From positions 3,790,954-3,854,953 of the forward strand of contig CM120644.1 in assembly GCA_051362555.1 (NCBI GenBank): a DNA stretch of 64,000 bases. Reading direction: 5' to 3'. Below the pieces are notes generated by a model that did not search any database, was not told where the DNA came from, and saw only the letters and a program-made list of their open reading frames with translations. This document shows, piece after piece, positions 49,801 through 63,392 of this stretch (the stretch's first letter is position 1; every line of letters begins with the position of its first letter). This DNA comes from Lingula anatina (Eukaryota > Animalia > Brachiopoda). The translations under genes and the position numbers were made by a program.

Positions 49801-52662
49801 TGTTTGCTTCTCTGGCGAATTCCATCAATAAACTGATGTCACAATGACATCAAAGAGATAATTAAAAGTTATTAAAACATGATTTTAATCCTTATTTTCA
49901 TTTATCAGTCAGTAAAATAGGAAAAAACTGATGAAAAATGATTTCGAAAAAAATATTCCATATTAAATGTCAAGTCTGTAGAATACTTCAACTGTATACC
50001 ATCGAGGCAGTTTTGATGTATATCAGAAATATAGGAATGCTCACACACTGTTCCACTGAGGCAGCTTTGAGGTATATCAGAAAACAAGGCAGCAACACTG
50101 TCAAATGTACAGACATAAAGCATAAAATAATGATGCAAAAATAGGCTACTGTCAATTCCGACTCAATAATACATTATGCTTAACAGCAAAATCATTACCT
50201 AATTTTAAATATGCCCAACAATACGGATGTAAGTGAAATGTGTAACTAGCATAAGGCTTTGGGTCCTTTAAAGGTCTAGTTCACATTGTGAAAATGCCAA
50301 ACTGAGAAAAATGAAAATTTCTCAAAAAATTGCTAAATTCATGAAATATGGCAATTCAATCAAACTGGTGGCCAATTTGAGCTATATGCCTATCCTAAGA
50401 ATCATTCTTAAAAGTTACAAAGTAATAAACTTTCTTTCCATAACGTTTGTGATATTACACAATGATTAATAGCACAACCACCACCAATCATTAATTATCT
50501 ACTATACATCACATGGACATCTTGAAAATTTGATTACCATTCAGCTTTATGCCCGTGGGAATTCTAAGTCCCACATTGAAAATGCCAATATGTAGTAAAT
50601 GAAAATTTCATAAAGAACTGCATTAATATATATTGCTTTCAGAAGAGAATACAATCAGACTTGTTTTCCAACTCAAGCTGCATTTTATTCCTATGAATCG
50701 TCTCAAGTAAATTCATCAAAACTAAACCGATCAAGATAATTTTCGAACTTGACCTATATATTGATCCTATAAATCAGTCCTGCAAGTTTTAAAGCAAAAT
50801 ATGAAACCCTTTTTATGTTATCTGTGTATTCATTTATTATTTTCAATAGCCAGCAAACATTTTGAAAAGTGCGAAAGGCAAATCAGTTTCTTTCTTAGAT
50901 TAGTACGCAGTGCCAAGCTGATTTAATTATAGGCATTCGTGCCGTTTGAAATTCAAGTTCAAATTCATTAAGATGAATATTTTATCGTTTATATATGGCG
51001 CTTGTCGAAATTTTAACTGATTTATGTTTCAGGTGTGCCATTCCAGGCCTGGTAAATGACACCTTCGAAATCCAGGGTCCCTGGCACCAATGTCTTATCA
51101 ACCAAACCATTCCTGTAGACGAGAATGGGGAGTATGAGGGATGTCTGTGGCGTAGTGGAAATTACTCCAAAAATGAAAGTGTGTGGCCGTGCAAAGACTG
51201 GGTTTATGATACATCTGTATTCCCGAGAACGTTTCCTACGGAAGTGAGTCTTTGTACAATGTGATATTGATATTTTACTTATTGAGGCAGTATGTCATCC
51301 GTAGCGCTTTAATTTCGACATGGATACAAGTCTGGCTTTCTTACAGCATAATCTGTGCTATATTTCTTCTTTATCTTTATGATTTATTATAACAAACCCT
51401 CACAAATCCGCACGCCTATTTTAAATTAAAGTCCTTTTGCAAGTATAATAAGCCTATTGTGTTGTTCTCTTTTATTATTCCGAAGCTTCTCTGGAGACTA
51501 TAGATGCATAGAATGATTTAAACATTTTTATTTCAGTTTGATCTACTTTGTGACAGTTCCTTGCTTATTAACATGGCGAACGTGGTTTATCTAGTAGGAG
51601 TGGCTGTGGGGGCAGCTGGCGGGGGCCTGGTAGCAGACTAGTAAGGGCGTGTCGCTTGTAAAAATATCGGTCTGTAGACGTCATTTAAAATCTAAACTAG
51701 TAATATGTTCCACACACGCATGTTTTTGCAACAACACGAAATAAATATATCTGTTGTTTGAAAAGAAATTATTAAAATTCGCCACAGGGCCCGCTGGTAA
51801 TCTGTGACAAAATTATTTTATCAGACTGTTCTCGAAGTCTGTATACTATTTTAGCGCCTATGTGATTTCAGTGGATACAAAGGATATAGGCAAGCTACCC
51901 TGAAGACTTAAATTGTTCTTGCTATGATCTATGTTATGCATTTCTTCCGCTGACTTACTTACATTAAATTGCTGATTGTCTTTGTATGGCTAAACATAGC
52001 TTTACCTAGATTAAGTTTTTGGGGGTTTAAATGCGATTTCTCTGTAAAATTTAGCTAATTTTTTTTCAGCACTGGTCGTAAGTTGGTTTCATTTATCGCC
52101 TGCTTTATCCACGGGATAGCAGGGATAGGGGCTGCATTTTCACCTAACTACGGGGCTTATGTCGCATTCCGGTGCTTTGTTGGCATCTGCCACGGCGTCT
52201 TGAACAATACTGTCATTGTCCTTTGTAAGTTATTGTTCGAAACACCTCCGCTAATTCCGTACTGGTCATATCCCTTTTGTGGTTAACAAAGGTGCAATGT
52301 TGTGCCAGTCGGTGTTTTTTTTTTAATTTTGGCGTTTTATTCGATGTTATCATTGTTGATAACAACCAGTAAAGGCAGACATTGGTTAACGCGCGACTTC
52401 CCGGTGGAACTTTTGGAATATGTTACCTGTAGTCTCCTTTGAGTCTGCTCTATTTTCCCGCATCTTGGCAACCTCAGTTGGGAGTTATTTTCTAATAAAA
52501 CTTGCCAAAGAATTAAATGCTCAATGGTTCAACATGGGCCATTTTGAAGTAAATCATGTAAAACATGAATCAGTGAGACTCAAGTTGTGTCATGGTGGAG
52601 GGCAGAGCAGATCCGCCATTTTCAGTTGGGAAAGAGTTGGGCTTTAATCGCACCCTCCTCCG

Positions 52663-52703
<41 letters not shown>

Positions 52704-53223
52704 CTGTGGATCAATCAGTTTATCTATGCATATTTTTGAAAACATAAATTATGCGTGTAACTTAAGTAAGAAGAAAGTGGCAAATTTTTCACACGCATCT
52801 CTAAAAGCTTGTTTGACCGAGAAAAACGTCTACCAAAGCAGAGCCATCTGCAAAATCTCGTCGACGTCCAATTTACGACAGATATTAGTTAAAGCACATT
52901 TGTCCTAAAACTGGCTGATTTTTACTATTGACTAGGACTTTTTTATTACATAAAATGATATTTAATCAAATATTTTCCTTATTCGCAGGTATGGAGTTTG
53001 TGTCGCCAAGAAAACGTATAATATCCCTATGCACGGCAGCTTTTTCATGGGGGACAGGTATTCTCCTGGGAACTCTGGAAGCTTATCTTATACGGGACTG
53101 GAGATATTTGCAGTTAGCTGTTGCCTTGCCATCAGTTCTTTACCTACTATTCTGGTGGTAGGTCTTCCTTTACAGTGTATATGTAATTTACTAAGAATTC
53201 TTAAATATTCGGCAAGCAGAGGA

Positions 53224-53262
<39 letters not shown>

Positions 53263-53519
53263 AAAAACCCATCGATTTATAAAAAAAAAAAAAAAGAAAA
53301 AAACACCAATGGTCCCCTCTTGAAATTAGAATTTTGACTAGCTAAATCATAGTTCTAAACCATACCAAATGGCACCGTTAGCCCTGTAAAATACCAAAAG
53401 TTTTAGGGGCCCTTCAGTGGGCCCGAAACCCAACGCCAAAGGGGGGGGGGCGGCTTCGCATCCTGGTTTCGCCCCTGGACATTAAAACATACAAACATAC
53501 AGCGAGAGACAGATATTCA

Positions 53520-53579
<60 letters not shown>

Positions 53580-56447
53580 TTTTTTTACAGGATAACCCCG
53601 GAATCCCCTCGCTGGCTCATCTCAAGGGGTAAATACGCGGAAGCCGAAAGCGTGATGCGATGGGTGGCTAAAGTAAATAATACCTCGCTGCCCGAGGGAC
53701 GGCTGTTTGACGATCATTCTTTGCGAAGCACACCAACTATTAGTCCTCGACAACTCCGTAACGCACCAAGACTTATCGCGAGGACGGTGGTTATATCATT
53801 TGGCTGGTAGGCCTACGTTGCTAGTTTGTGGTGTTATCGTCAATAATTCGTTTGACATATTTATATCTTCATGAAATTCAATCATATATAATTTTCACTG
53901 TTCATTAAACCTTATTTTCAAGTTTGTGCCGTTGGTGTTGAGTCAGATGATATGGTTTTTAGAGGGTTTTAGAGTATTTACAAGCCCATGCTCCCTATGG
54001 CCCTTTCCTATCTCCTCACTGTGACTTCTCACGTAGCTATCCAATGTGAACTCTTTTACGTCATCTTCATGGCGTGCAATGGCTCTATTAAATGAACAAC
54101 ATTCGTGCATTAGAGCTTTAAGTTGTCAAACCTATCCCAGGGCAAGGGTAGCGTGTAGCTGTATAAGAAAAACAAGGTCAAATAAATAACTTTGAAATAA
54201 ACAAACATAGTGTCCATGATATAGGCTAATAACAAACCACGATGAAAAACATTACAGCTATTAAATCTCCCTAAAATGTTTAACCAACTTAAGCTTCGTT
54301 TTAACGATTATTAAACTTACCGTGGACAAGCAATGTATAGCGTTTACTTCGTTCCTATTGCATGTTCTCTTTTAGGCTAACAGTTGGTGTGTCATGGTAC
54401 GGCCTCACGTTGAATCAAGGTTCCTTAGACGGTGACATCTTTATCAATGCTTTCGTTTTGGCTCTTATCGATTTTATATCCGCCTTCGCATTGCTGATCA
54501 TCAATAGAATTGGAAGGAAAACGACGTACTGTGTAGCCATGATGCTATCTGCATTGGCTATGTTGTCGACTATACTGATGCATTTCTTTGCAAACAAAGG
54601 TATGTTTGACGTCTGATCTGGAGATGTACAGTTAGAAAATGTAGAGAAAATGGAATCCATAAGATACAAATTGTGTTGAGTATTAAAGTAAGGGGACCAA
54701 ATATCTTAATTCTCACAAATTCACCCGTGAAACTGTTTTTTCCTGTTCCACTTGGTTAATTCTTGCAATATTACATGTCTATTTTACTAATTTCTATCTG
54801 AATTCAATATTGTTTTAAATGCATTTGTAATATTTCAGCCCATATCGATTAATTGGTCATTTATCTCTTGTTACAACATTAATGTTAATTGTCTCTGACA
54901 CCTTCTTTTTGTACTGCTTCAGCCATGCCAAACCTGTCATTTGACTGTATTTACAGTGTAACTCATTGTTAATTTGTTGCACGTCACAGCCCAGTTTAAT
55001 TAAAATGTGGTACATGTAACTTTGTCTACACGATTAGGCAGTTTTTCAATACACAATAGGCGGTAATTGACATATACCAAAAGTAACAACATTTGTGTGC
55101 ATGAATGCAAGTGTTAACTTTGCCACTTGCGTTCCAGAGAGTTCAGCTACCAGTGCCACCTTTACAGCTTTGTACACAATTGGAAAACTTGGCGTTAGTT
55201 GTTGCTACACCCTTCTTTTCATGTGGAATGGAGAGTTCTATCCAACAGCCTTGCGAAACTTCGGGCTTGGTATAGGATATGCATTTGGTAGTCTAGGGGC
55301 TGTGGTTTCCCCGATTGTGATGGTATGGTGTTTATTACTTGTTACTTTTCCAGTTTTATCCTACAGAAACCCCATGCAGTGTGAGCTGTTTCACAGTTAT
55401 AACGGTTTATGTTAGAAACGCTAGACGTTTTTATGATTCAATGACCCTGACACACCAAAGCTAAATCACAGATAACTTTTTCAACCACGAACAGGCAGTG
55501 ACTTCATAAATTTTCTCCCCTTTAACACTGTCTCGACCCGGCAAACCCCCACCCCAATTTGTTAATCTTTTTAATAGTAATGTCCCATTAAAGGCTTATG
55601 GCAACGGGTATTTTGGTCGTATTGCAAGTTAACCAAGTAACATTGCTTTTTCTTTTCTTCTCTTTCCTCTATTTTATTTATTTATTTATTTATTTATTTA
55701 TTGTAAATGAACAAAATCAGATATTGTTAAGCTTGCAAAAACAGTTTTTTTTTTCAAATAAAAGTATGGAGAAGCACCTGTCGCCATCTGTTTTTTCTGT
55801 TATAGTCACTAGTTTTGCATTGTAGTATTTGGTTTGATACAATTCCTATGTTGAATGTTGCCTACATTGAAACCGATCATCTTATACTAGCGTTAATTGA
55901 AACCTTGAACTCTTGGCAGGACCAGCTTAGAGAGCACCCTTACCTCGGTAACACTATGCCAATGATGCTGTTTGGATGTATGACATTGGTTTCTTCATTG
56001 AGCGGTCTGTATCTTCCCGAAACAGCCCATAAACACCTACCGGAGACTTTGGAGGATGCCGAGAACTTTGGAGTAAAACGGTTTGTATCGATACCAACTT
56101 GTTACTCTCTCCCTGTCTCTCTCTCTCGCTTCATCGGTCTATCTCTTTCTTCCTCTCTCTCTCTCTCTCTTTGCTATACTCATGCATACATACACGCTCG
56201 CACGCATGTATACGACCACACATTTACTTTATAGAGACTTCAAAACAAAACTGTACATATAATAGGAGAATTTCGCTCAATATTCAAAGTGCTATAGCTA
56301 CTTCTCATACAGTATGGTAAGTAGACTTAAGCAGCAGAATAATTTAACATTGATGTTTAAAACGGATATATTCATTTCAGGAGAGAGAGGAGCATCAACA
56401 AGAATTCAAGTGAGAATGCCCCACCGACACTTGAAGTGGTGTCTTAA
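46813..56447 (+). CDS. SLC22-family organic cation transporter (MFS; Orct/OCT-like), 544 aa
   Basis: Exons 46813-46955, 51033-51243, 51537-51640, 52070-52224, 52989-53157, 53591-53806, 54376-54599, 55138-55322, 55920-56080, 56381-56447; total 1635 nt, in frame. Motifs: VGEFGRIQ, Cys-rich loop HRCAIP...WVYD...EFDLLCD, ADYTGRK, PESPRWL, RIGRK, EFYPTALRN, LPET. Confidence 0.93.
48060..48197. mobile_element. Inverted copy of the 39025 MITE family
   Basis: cgaaagcatcgcg...tcggtcgcaatgcgcgatgctttcgagttacggg. Confidence 0.7.
48315..49994 (+). mobile_element. Decayed Tc1-family transposon with pseudogenised transposase, in SLC22 intron 1
   Basis: TIR tacagacttgacatttaatatggaatattt (48315) is inverted at 49951-49980; right end ...cttcaactg|TA. 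Stop-ridden translation: GAKKTDIANQ..TVRTVL, TTRVQD, RCPPKNPP.TAQHR, FFIEVRF, SVSTWGG, LHDEIA..HTA, LPW.SKSPYLNHIDNMW (compare WPSxSPDLNPIExxW). Confidence 0.85.
50000..50960. mobile_element. Helentron-like non-autonomous element with ~335-bp repeat units, inverted relative to 1-1830
   Basis: Reverse-complement similarity to the array at 1-1830; 3' hairpin ggcattcgtgcc followed by caagtt. Confidence 0.55.
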
Positions 56448-57152
56448 GCGCGACAACCATAACATGATGCATATATACTGTTTTTGTACCTGTGTTTGTA
56501 TCTGTGGATCAGCTGAGCCTGATACGAACTATCATATTAAAAAAATGTAAAGAATGCATGACCACAAACTGGACCGTGCATTTATACGGGATTTCCACAA
56601 TGATTAGCTCATTTATTTGAGAACAAGCATTTTCATGGTATATATTACGCTTTTGTTTACAAATTAGCATACGCTTCAATACGACGATTACTGGATAGAA
56701 TATTAAATTCTGCGACTGCCTATAATACTCTTTACAGAACTATTCACCACAGAATCCAAGAAGAAGAGGCTAGTAGACTTCAATTAATTCATTAATTCGC
56801 TTACTGTTGATCACACAATGTAGCACAAGAGCGAGAATTATTTGGCTACAGCTCTTCTGTGACAACTACAGCTTCTGTTGCCTTATACAATTTAATTGCA
56901 ACTACAACGTCGCTGCTTTTATGATACGCTATATGATGGTCCATACGTTTACAGACTATATTATTTTAATTATCTCGCCATGTGTTTATCGATTATTTTA
57001 TTTTGTTTATCTCGACCAACTTGACTTTTTTACTCTTATTACAATATGCATGTACATGACACTGATAACCCGTTTGAAGTGGAACAAAATGTTTCACTGT
57101 TGTAAAATGTTGTTAACGTGTTGTAACGTTTCAACAGATTGGATGAACTGCT

Positions 57153-57158
57153 AATAAA
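57153..57158 (+). promoter_or_regulatory. Candidate polyadenylation signal of the SLC22 gene
   Basis: AATAAA about 700 nt after the stop codon. Confidence 0.45.
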
Positions 57159-59500
57159 TTCTCATTAAAGAAAAAAAACGATGAAATTTGTTGAACTGAA
57201 CGTTTAAGTTGAAGGCTGGAGAAAACTTTCTGTTTACTCATATCGTGCGCGCTAAAAGAATGAATTAAGCACACAATGGGGTCAGGCAGTGAAGACCCCT
57301 GATATAAATAGCGATATGTACCTCGATTGAGACTACCCCGGCCGCTTCTAATGGAGAATAAATATATATATCTGTCATTCTTTGCTAGTGGTTACAAAAT
57401 GTTGAATTTGACCGAAAATTTCAAACTTTCTCTGGGAAGCTGTAATTTTGCGATGTGATAGCTACACCATCACAGTTTATCATTTCATAAAAAGGGAAAC
57501 AGCAGCTGCCCTTTTTAGGGCACACAGGAGAGTTGAACAGCTATACCCACCAAATCCAAGACGCGTTACCCTGGGTAATATATTTTGCACAAACTAATGA
57601 AAGTCTAATGGAATGTTTTCAGTTTTAGTTTAAATCATAAGGGGGTGTTGTCTCAATGCTTCAAAACTGGTTTTGAAGAATTTAATCCACATTTCATAAT
57701 TAATAAAAATGGTGAATATGTGGGTCACGGTAATGTTATTGACGCGGGTACAAAAACTTTTTATAATCATGTAAATAATAACAATATTTTTGCTATTATC
57801 CATACACACTTCATTCATGAGGGGCACACCACTTTCACATGCTTTTAAAATGGAATTGACAAACACAGAGGAATAATGCACATATTTTATTTACTGTAAC
57901 TCTGTCATATGGGACACACACTGAACAAAGTTGATCTAAAGAATGTTCCAGATTGTAGTTTTTTATCAGAAATATTATTTTTTTATTATTATTTTAACAC
58001 AATAAAGTTCAGTTAAATACAAAATTTAACAAAATGAAGTTCAGTGTAACACAAAGTTCATAATTATAACATTCTTCCTGACATATGTAGACCAATGGTG
58101 ATATCTGTTCTGTGCTCACTAAGGCATCCACTCTTGGGATTCTGAAAAAAAAATCACACAAAGAATCTGTTAACTCTGATAACGAACAATGGATAACCTA
58201 AGATCACAAATAGTTTATTGCTTATTCAAACAAAGTACAGTGCATTATGAGTGACAAACACGCATTACTGAGACACATTTTCTTCACCCATTTTTGGTGC
58301 TTCATTGCGTAACGTAAGTGTTGCTAGTAATCCATTATTGCTGTTTTTACAGACGGTTAAATTTTAAACGCACGGAATACAGTGTAGCAGCTTAATTTAA
58401 GACAAAACTAAAAAAAAGTAATTCAATTTCGATGATTGAGTTTTCGAGAACAAGAGAACATGAATACGGTATCACCGCGTCACCATGTTCAATATGACCT
58501 TTAGTCCCCCATGTGAAACAGACGCAAAACGAAAGTTCAGACGAAGTCACCCTACTTATAGAATGGTAAAAATCAATCGGTACACAAATATGTTGAAACA
58601 ATTGAAGAAAAATGAAACGAAACTCATTATTTCTCACCTTCATACAAAGAAGATCCCAATAAACAATCCTGTGACGGTTAAATCGAGGGAATTACACCTG
58701 TGCCCTGCATTCTACTTCGACAGCGTCATTGCGTAACATGTTATCAGAATGGGCCACCCGCCAGTTTGAGCTGGTTTTTTTAGTGTGCAAAAGAAGACAT
58801 TCGTGTGTAAGACGTCATCAGTTAGTGAGTATGGAAGAAGATCGCTATCAATGTATAATTTTCACGCGGCATTTTAAAGTCGTCTGATAAAAATCGATCT
58901 CTGAAGTTTCAGCGTTGCGAACGTTATATTGGGACGCGGTGAAGAAAAATCGACCTTGCTGAGCAATAAATGTGAAATTCTTAAGAAAACTGATATTATC
59001 ATGGACTTCGTGACACAAACTAACCGACATACTACTTTGGACGATTGAACAGTTTTAATACGGAAAGATAGGATTAGATGAAATTTTCATCGGGGTGGGA
59101 CACCGCATGTATCGTAAGTTAAGCTAATTTTGTGATCATTTTTCAGTGACTTCAAATAAATTTTTTTTTAAATAACCATTTGCACATTCTGTTTATTATA
59201 TCTTCTTGCAGTAGGTGTATTCCCTGCTTCAATAATTCATTCAAACCCTAAACAAACTGTTCCTAAATAGAGGTAGGGTCGAAATTCCACAAAAAAAGAC
59301 GCCATTTTGAGGGTAATTTCGATATATTTTCTGCTTTTTCTCTTCTTTTGCTTTTATAACAATATCCTCCTTGCTCATGCAGCTTCTTTGATTTGTTATT
59401 GAAACATACACAACGATGTCATGAGAATTTGGTCGGCTATCTAAATTTAAATAACATTCTTGTTATGGTCCCCCCGCAGTGCACCACTAGCAAAGAATGA

Positions 59501-59566
<66 letters not shown>

Positions 59567-60560
59567 ATCATTACAGTTAAAGAACAATTGGAATGGAGGA
59601 TCTAACTCGGGTAGAATCTTTTGCGAAAGTTGAACTCAGGTTCTTTTGAAGGTGATCTTCCAGTGATTCCCTATATTAAAGAAGAAATGAAATAAAGAAT
59701 AGTGTGAAAAGGCTCTCTTTGTGTTTTTGATATCAATATTTCCTTATTTATTTATTTATTGTTGTATACAAACAATTGACTATGGTTTAGAAAACCACTT
59801 CCATTCATGCGATATCCGCACCAACAACCACTTTAAATGTCGATTGTTCTAAGGTTTCTTCAGTTTAGGTAATACATTAGGAGAATAGAATGCCACCTTA
59901 TCACAACAACTGAATATGCGTGAAAAAAAATAAGGTAAACTCTTTTAAGTGTATTTAAGGAGGCAGTGCCAGTAAATGTGGATAGTTTGCAAAGGTTTTA
60001 TACTTCCTGCAACAAAGAAGAAATGAGTAAGCTTATGACATGCACATGTAGAAGGGTGTCCACTATCATCGCACTGATTACATTCATACCAAATACCTCT
60101 GATAAAATTGGCTTCTCTAATCTAAACTTAAACCAAGGCGTAATCACAATTATTAATACATATTGTAATTGAACGTTCTGTATCGTGATTTAATGTCACA
60201 CTCTTATATAAATTATATTCATACGTGCATTTTCACCAATTGGCGAGATAAATAAATATTGTATTGTATATGAAGGTGCTTGTTATTTGATGATGTAACT
60301 CAAATCAGTTGAGGCGACGTGGATTTGCTTTTACAATCTGACAAGCTTAGGTAAGGTTTTGAGAAATGGTATTTCAAATGTTATCGTTTTAAGTTGATGA
60401 GAGTATGCTATGTGCAGGTAGGGTTTTAACAAGGGATGGGGCGGGGGGGGGGGGGGGTAATTACCCGAACTGGTACTGGGGGCATGTGGGTCTTAACATT
60501 GTGACTTTTTTAACATGTAAAGACAGGAAAGGCGCTCAAAATAATACGCACACGGGATAA

Positions 60561-60820
60561 CTACAGACTTGACCATTTTAGTTTCAATGGTATGTCTTGG
60601 TAAAATGTATTATTTATATCTAAAACGTGTATTTCATGTAAATCACGAGAATAGACAAATATGTAGTCAGGTGTGACAGTAACAATTGACTGACGTAGAC
60701 ATAGACCTCAGGGCAGACAGCAATGCAGGGTAGCAGACTCTGAGAAACAGACTGGTTTGGGAATGTCACTCGATGCCATCCTATGGAAAACCAGCATGCA
60801 AGTTGGTTCGACATTGTAAA
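60561..60820 (+). mobile_element. Tc1-like left-end remnant
   Basis: ctacagacttgac, tgtagtcaggtgtg..caatt.actga and gcatgcaagt are shared with 48315-48630. Confidence 0.5.
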
Positions 60821-61151
60821 GGAATGGACGGGAATAAAGTGACAATTCATAATCACATCCATAGCCAAATAAACCCTGAAGAGGCCCGGTAGGGTTGAAA
60901 ATCCCACGTGCGTGTGTGTGTGTAAACGCACATTTCTTGTGGTGTCAGGCCCTATTTCAGGTCATTTTTCTTTATTCAGGTGGATTTATGGAGGAATCTT
61001 GAACCACAATTGGCCAACTTTTCTTGAACAACGATCCATTTATCGTATCGAATTCAGGAATACGTTTGTATATGGATGCTTGTTACCTGTTCATTTATGT
61101 ATTAATTTGCTTTTAATTTATATGTAATTTACAGCAGACCAACATTTGAAC

Positions 61152-61271
61152 ATGGGACGGACATTAAGAAGAAACCTGTTTACACTCTTCACAGTCAATG
61201 TAATCATACTACTGCTGATTGTGAACTACGATTTGAAGCAAAAATACAAGGCGTCAGTGGAGAAACAGCTG
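61152..61271 (+). CDS. Candidate first coding exon of a type II (signal-anchor) membrane protein
   Basis: Acceptor tttacag/cag at 61134/61137, gaacATGg start, MGRTLRRNLFTLFTVNVIILLLIVNYDLKQKYKASVEKQL, donor CTG|gtaggc in phase 0. A second reading frame through the exon is also open. Confidence 0.55.
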
Positions 61272-61909
61272 GTAGGCCTACTTTGTTAATAATGCTGACA
61301 ACATAAAGTTCTATTCCCTCCTTTAACCATTCGAATGATATATCTAAGTGCTATATTTCATTAGAACGTTTGCTTTGGTTTCAAGATTGACACGTGTTTC
61401 GAGCTTTACATTATTCAAAAGGACGCACGAAGCCATTAAGAGGTGTTAGTACATAACCATAGAATTAAAAAAGTTGGGAAATGAGATAAATAGACGATGA
61501 AATGCATGATTTGGTTTGATTGTTGTTCTTCACATTTACCAACCTTGAGATGTTATGTGGCCGTGGCGATATTGTAGGGGTGTTTTCGGTGAACTTTTGG
61601 TATATATGTCAAATAATTCACTGCCACCCCCTCGTGTTATGGGCGTTGATCACGTGCTTCGCTGACGCTTTAGTTGTTCTGGAATGTGTGTGTGTGTGTG
61701 TGTGTGTTACAGGTCAGATCCCAATCTGGTCCACTTCCTTAGTGGCCAAGACCACATCCAAATTGGGTTTGCATTGTAAACAACATAAAATCCACTTTTT
61801 TTTGGTTATTTAAATGACCATTTTAGTCTTGGAAAAATGAATAAGTTTTCATAAAATTTATTCAAATGAAACATTGCTAGCATTCCCGGCTACACCTTTG
61901 ATTAAAGCT

Positions 61910-62776
61910 TTGATTACACCAGAGTAGGCGCTGGCGGTACACATGGTTTTAGTCCCGTCCGGATCGTTACGCGGGCTCCGCCGCCATGTTACCGTTGCAC
62001 TTTGCAAATTTTCTGATCTTTATTTCTCAAAAAACTGGCAAAGATACACCCACAGTTACTACTGAACATTAATAGGAAGTCATATACTGGAAATCTAACT
62101 GTGACCCTAAAATTAACCTTTGACCTTATTTTCATCATAAACTGATCTTTGCAAATTTTCTATCCCTTATATCCCTAACCTGGCAGAGATACACCCATAG
62201 TTACTATTAAAGTTAAATAGGAGATCATATACTGGCATTTTAACTGTGACCTTAAAATTGGCTTCTGACCTACTTTTCCTCATAAACTGCACTTTGCAAA
62301 TTTTCTGATCTTTATATCTCAAAAACTGGTAAAGATACACCCATAGTTACTATTGAACATGAATAGGAAGTCATATACTGGTAATCTTACTGTGACCCTG
62401 AAATTAACCTTTGACTTAATTTTCACCATGAACTTATCTTTGCAAATATCCCTGATATCTCAAAAACTGGCAGAGATACACCCAAAGTTGCTGTTGAACT
62501 TGAATAGGAAGTCCTACACTGGCTATCTAACTGTGGCCTTGAAATTGACCTTTGAACTACTTTTGATGATAAACTCTTTTTTGCATGTTTTCTGACCTTT
62601 AAATCTCCTAAATTGGCAAAGAAATGCCCAGGGTTACTATTGAACTTGAATAGGAAGTCGTATACTGTGACATTGAAATTGACCTGTGACCTAATTTTCA
62701 CCATGAATTGAGCTTTGCATATTTTCTTGACTCCATATCTTCGAAACTAGCAACCCAGTGTTGCCTCTAGGTTTTT
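61910..62776 (+). mobile_element. Helentron-associated (HINE/pearl-like) element with ~146-bp internal tandem repeats
   Basis: 5' box ggcgctggcggtacacatggttttagtcccgtccgg; about 5 units (gcaaat at 62004, 62151, 62296, 62442, ~62583) rich in tgacct; 3' palindrome gcaacccagtgttgc then ctaggtttt. Confidence 0.8.
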
Positions 62777-63131
62777 TCTTTTGTCAGCATATATGCAACA
62801 CTGACAACACATTTCAAGGAAAACCAATAGGTCTATTGTCTAGAGAATCACAGGAGTGATCAGTGTTAGGAAAATACAGATCAATTCGAAAATCTGCTTG
62901 ATTGTATTATTTAATTATATTTTTTTACATATTTTGATAATTTTTTGATTGCATTTTATAGAGCTTGTCAAGCACAAGACTAGTGGTGGTGTCCCTTTTT
63001 AGGGGGGTTTTCCATTCGAATGCGCTTACTCCAGCTGGTGGTACAATATCCGGAGGCAGTATCGCCTCTCTGACCCTCTAGTTAAGATATTATTCATTTA
63101 TTTATTTGTTTGTTTGTTTACCTATTTATAG

Positions 63132-63233
63132 GACAACATGATAACCGAAGAAGTCAACCTGGATCATCGCTTGCATTCTCGGATCATAGAACAGAAGGGA
63201 CGTCAGGTCCGCAAGATCATGGATGACTACAAG
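63132..63233 (+). CDS. Orphan vigilin (HDLBP)-like KH-domain exon, symmetric phase 0-0
   Basis: tttatag|GAC...AAG|gtgaga; DNMITEEVNLDHRLHSRIIEQKGRQVRKIMDDYK resembles a late vigilin KH repeat (recalled as EQMVSEDVPLDHRVHARIIGARGKAIRKIMDEFK). No other vigilin exons seen in the window. Confidence 0.7.
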
Positions 63234-63392
63234 GTGAGAGAACGTAGGAGATAGGGTAGTTTACCTTGTTCTTCACTTTGTTTAATTTTTTTTTTTTTTT
63301 TTTTTTTGATAAAGGTTGTTATGTTTGTTCTGTCAGTATTTCAGTATAAATATCAGAAAAGTCAGTTTCTCTCAAGATTTCATGCAGATGGG

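Noticed and set aside
61997-62750. Regularly spaced repeats considered as CRISPR-like or coding
   Set aside because: Whole ~146-bp units repeat with no unique spacers; eukaryotic Helentron-type internal array.
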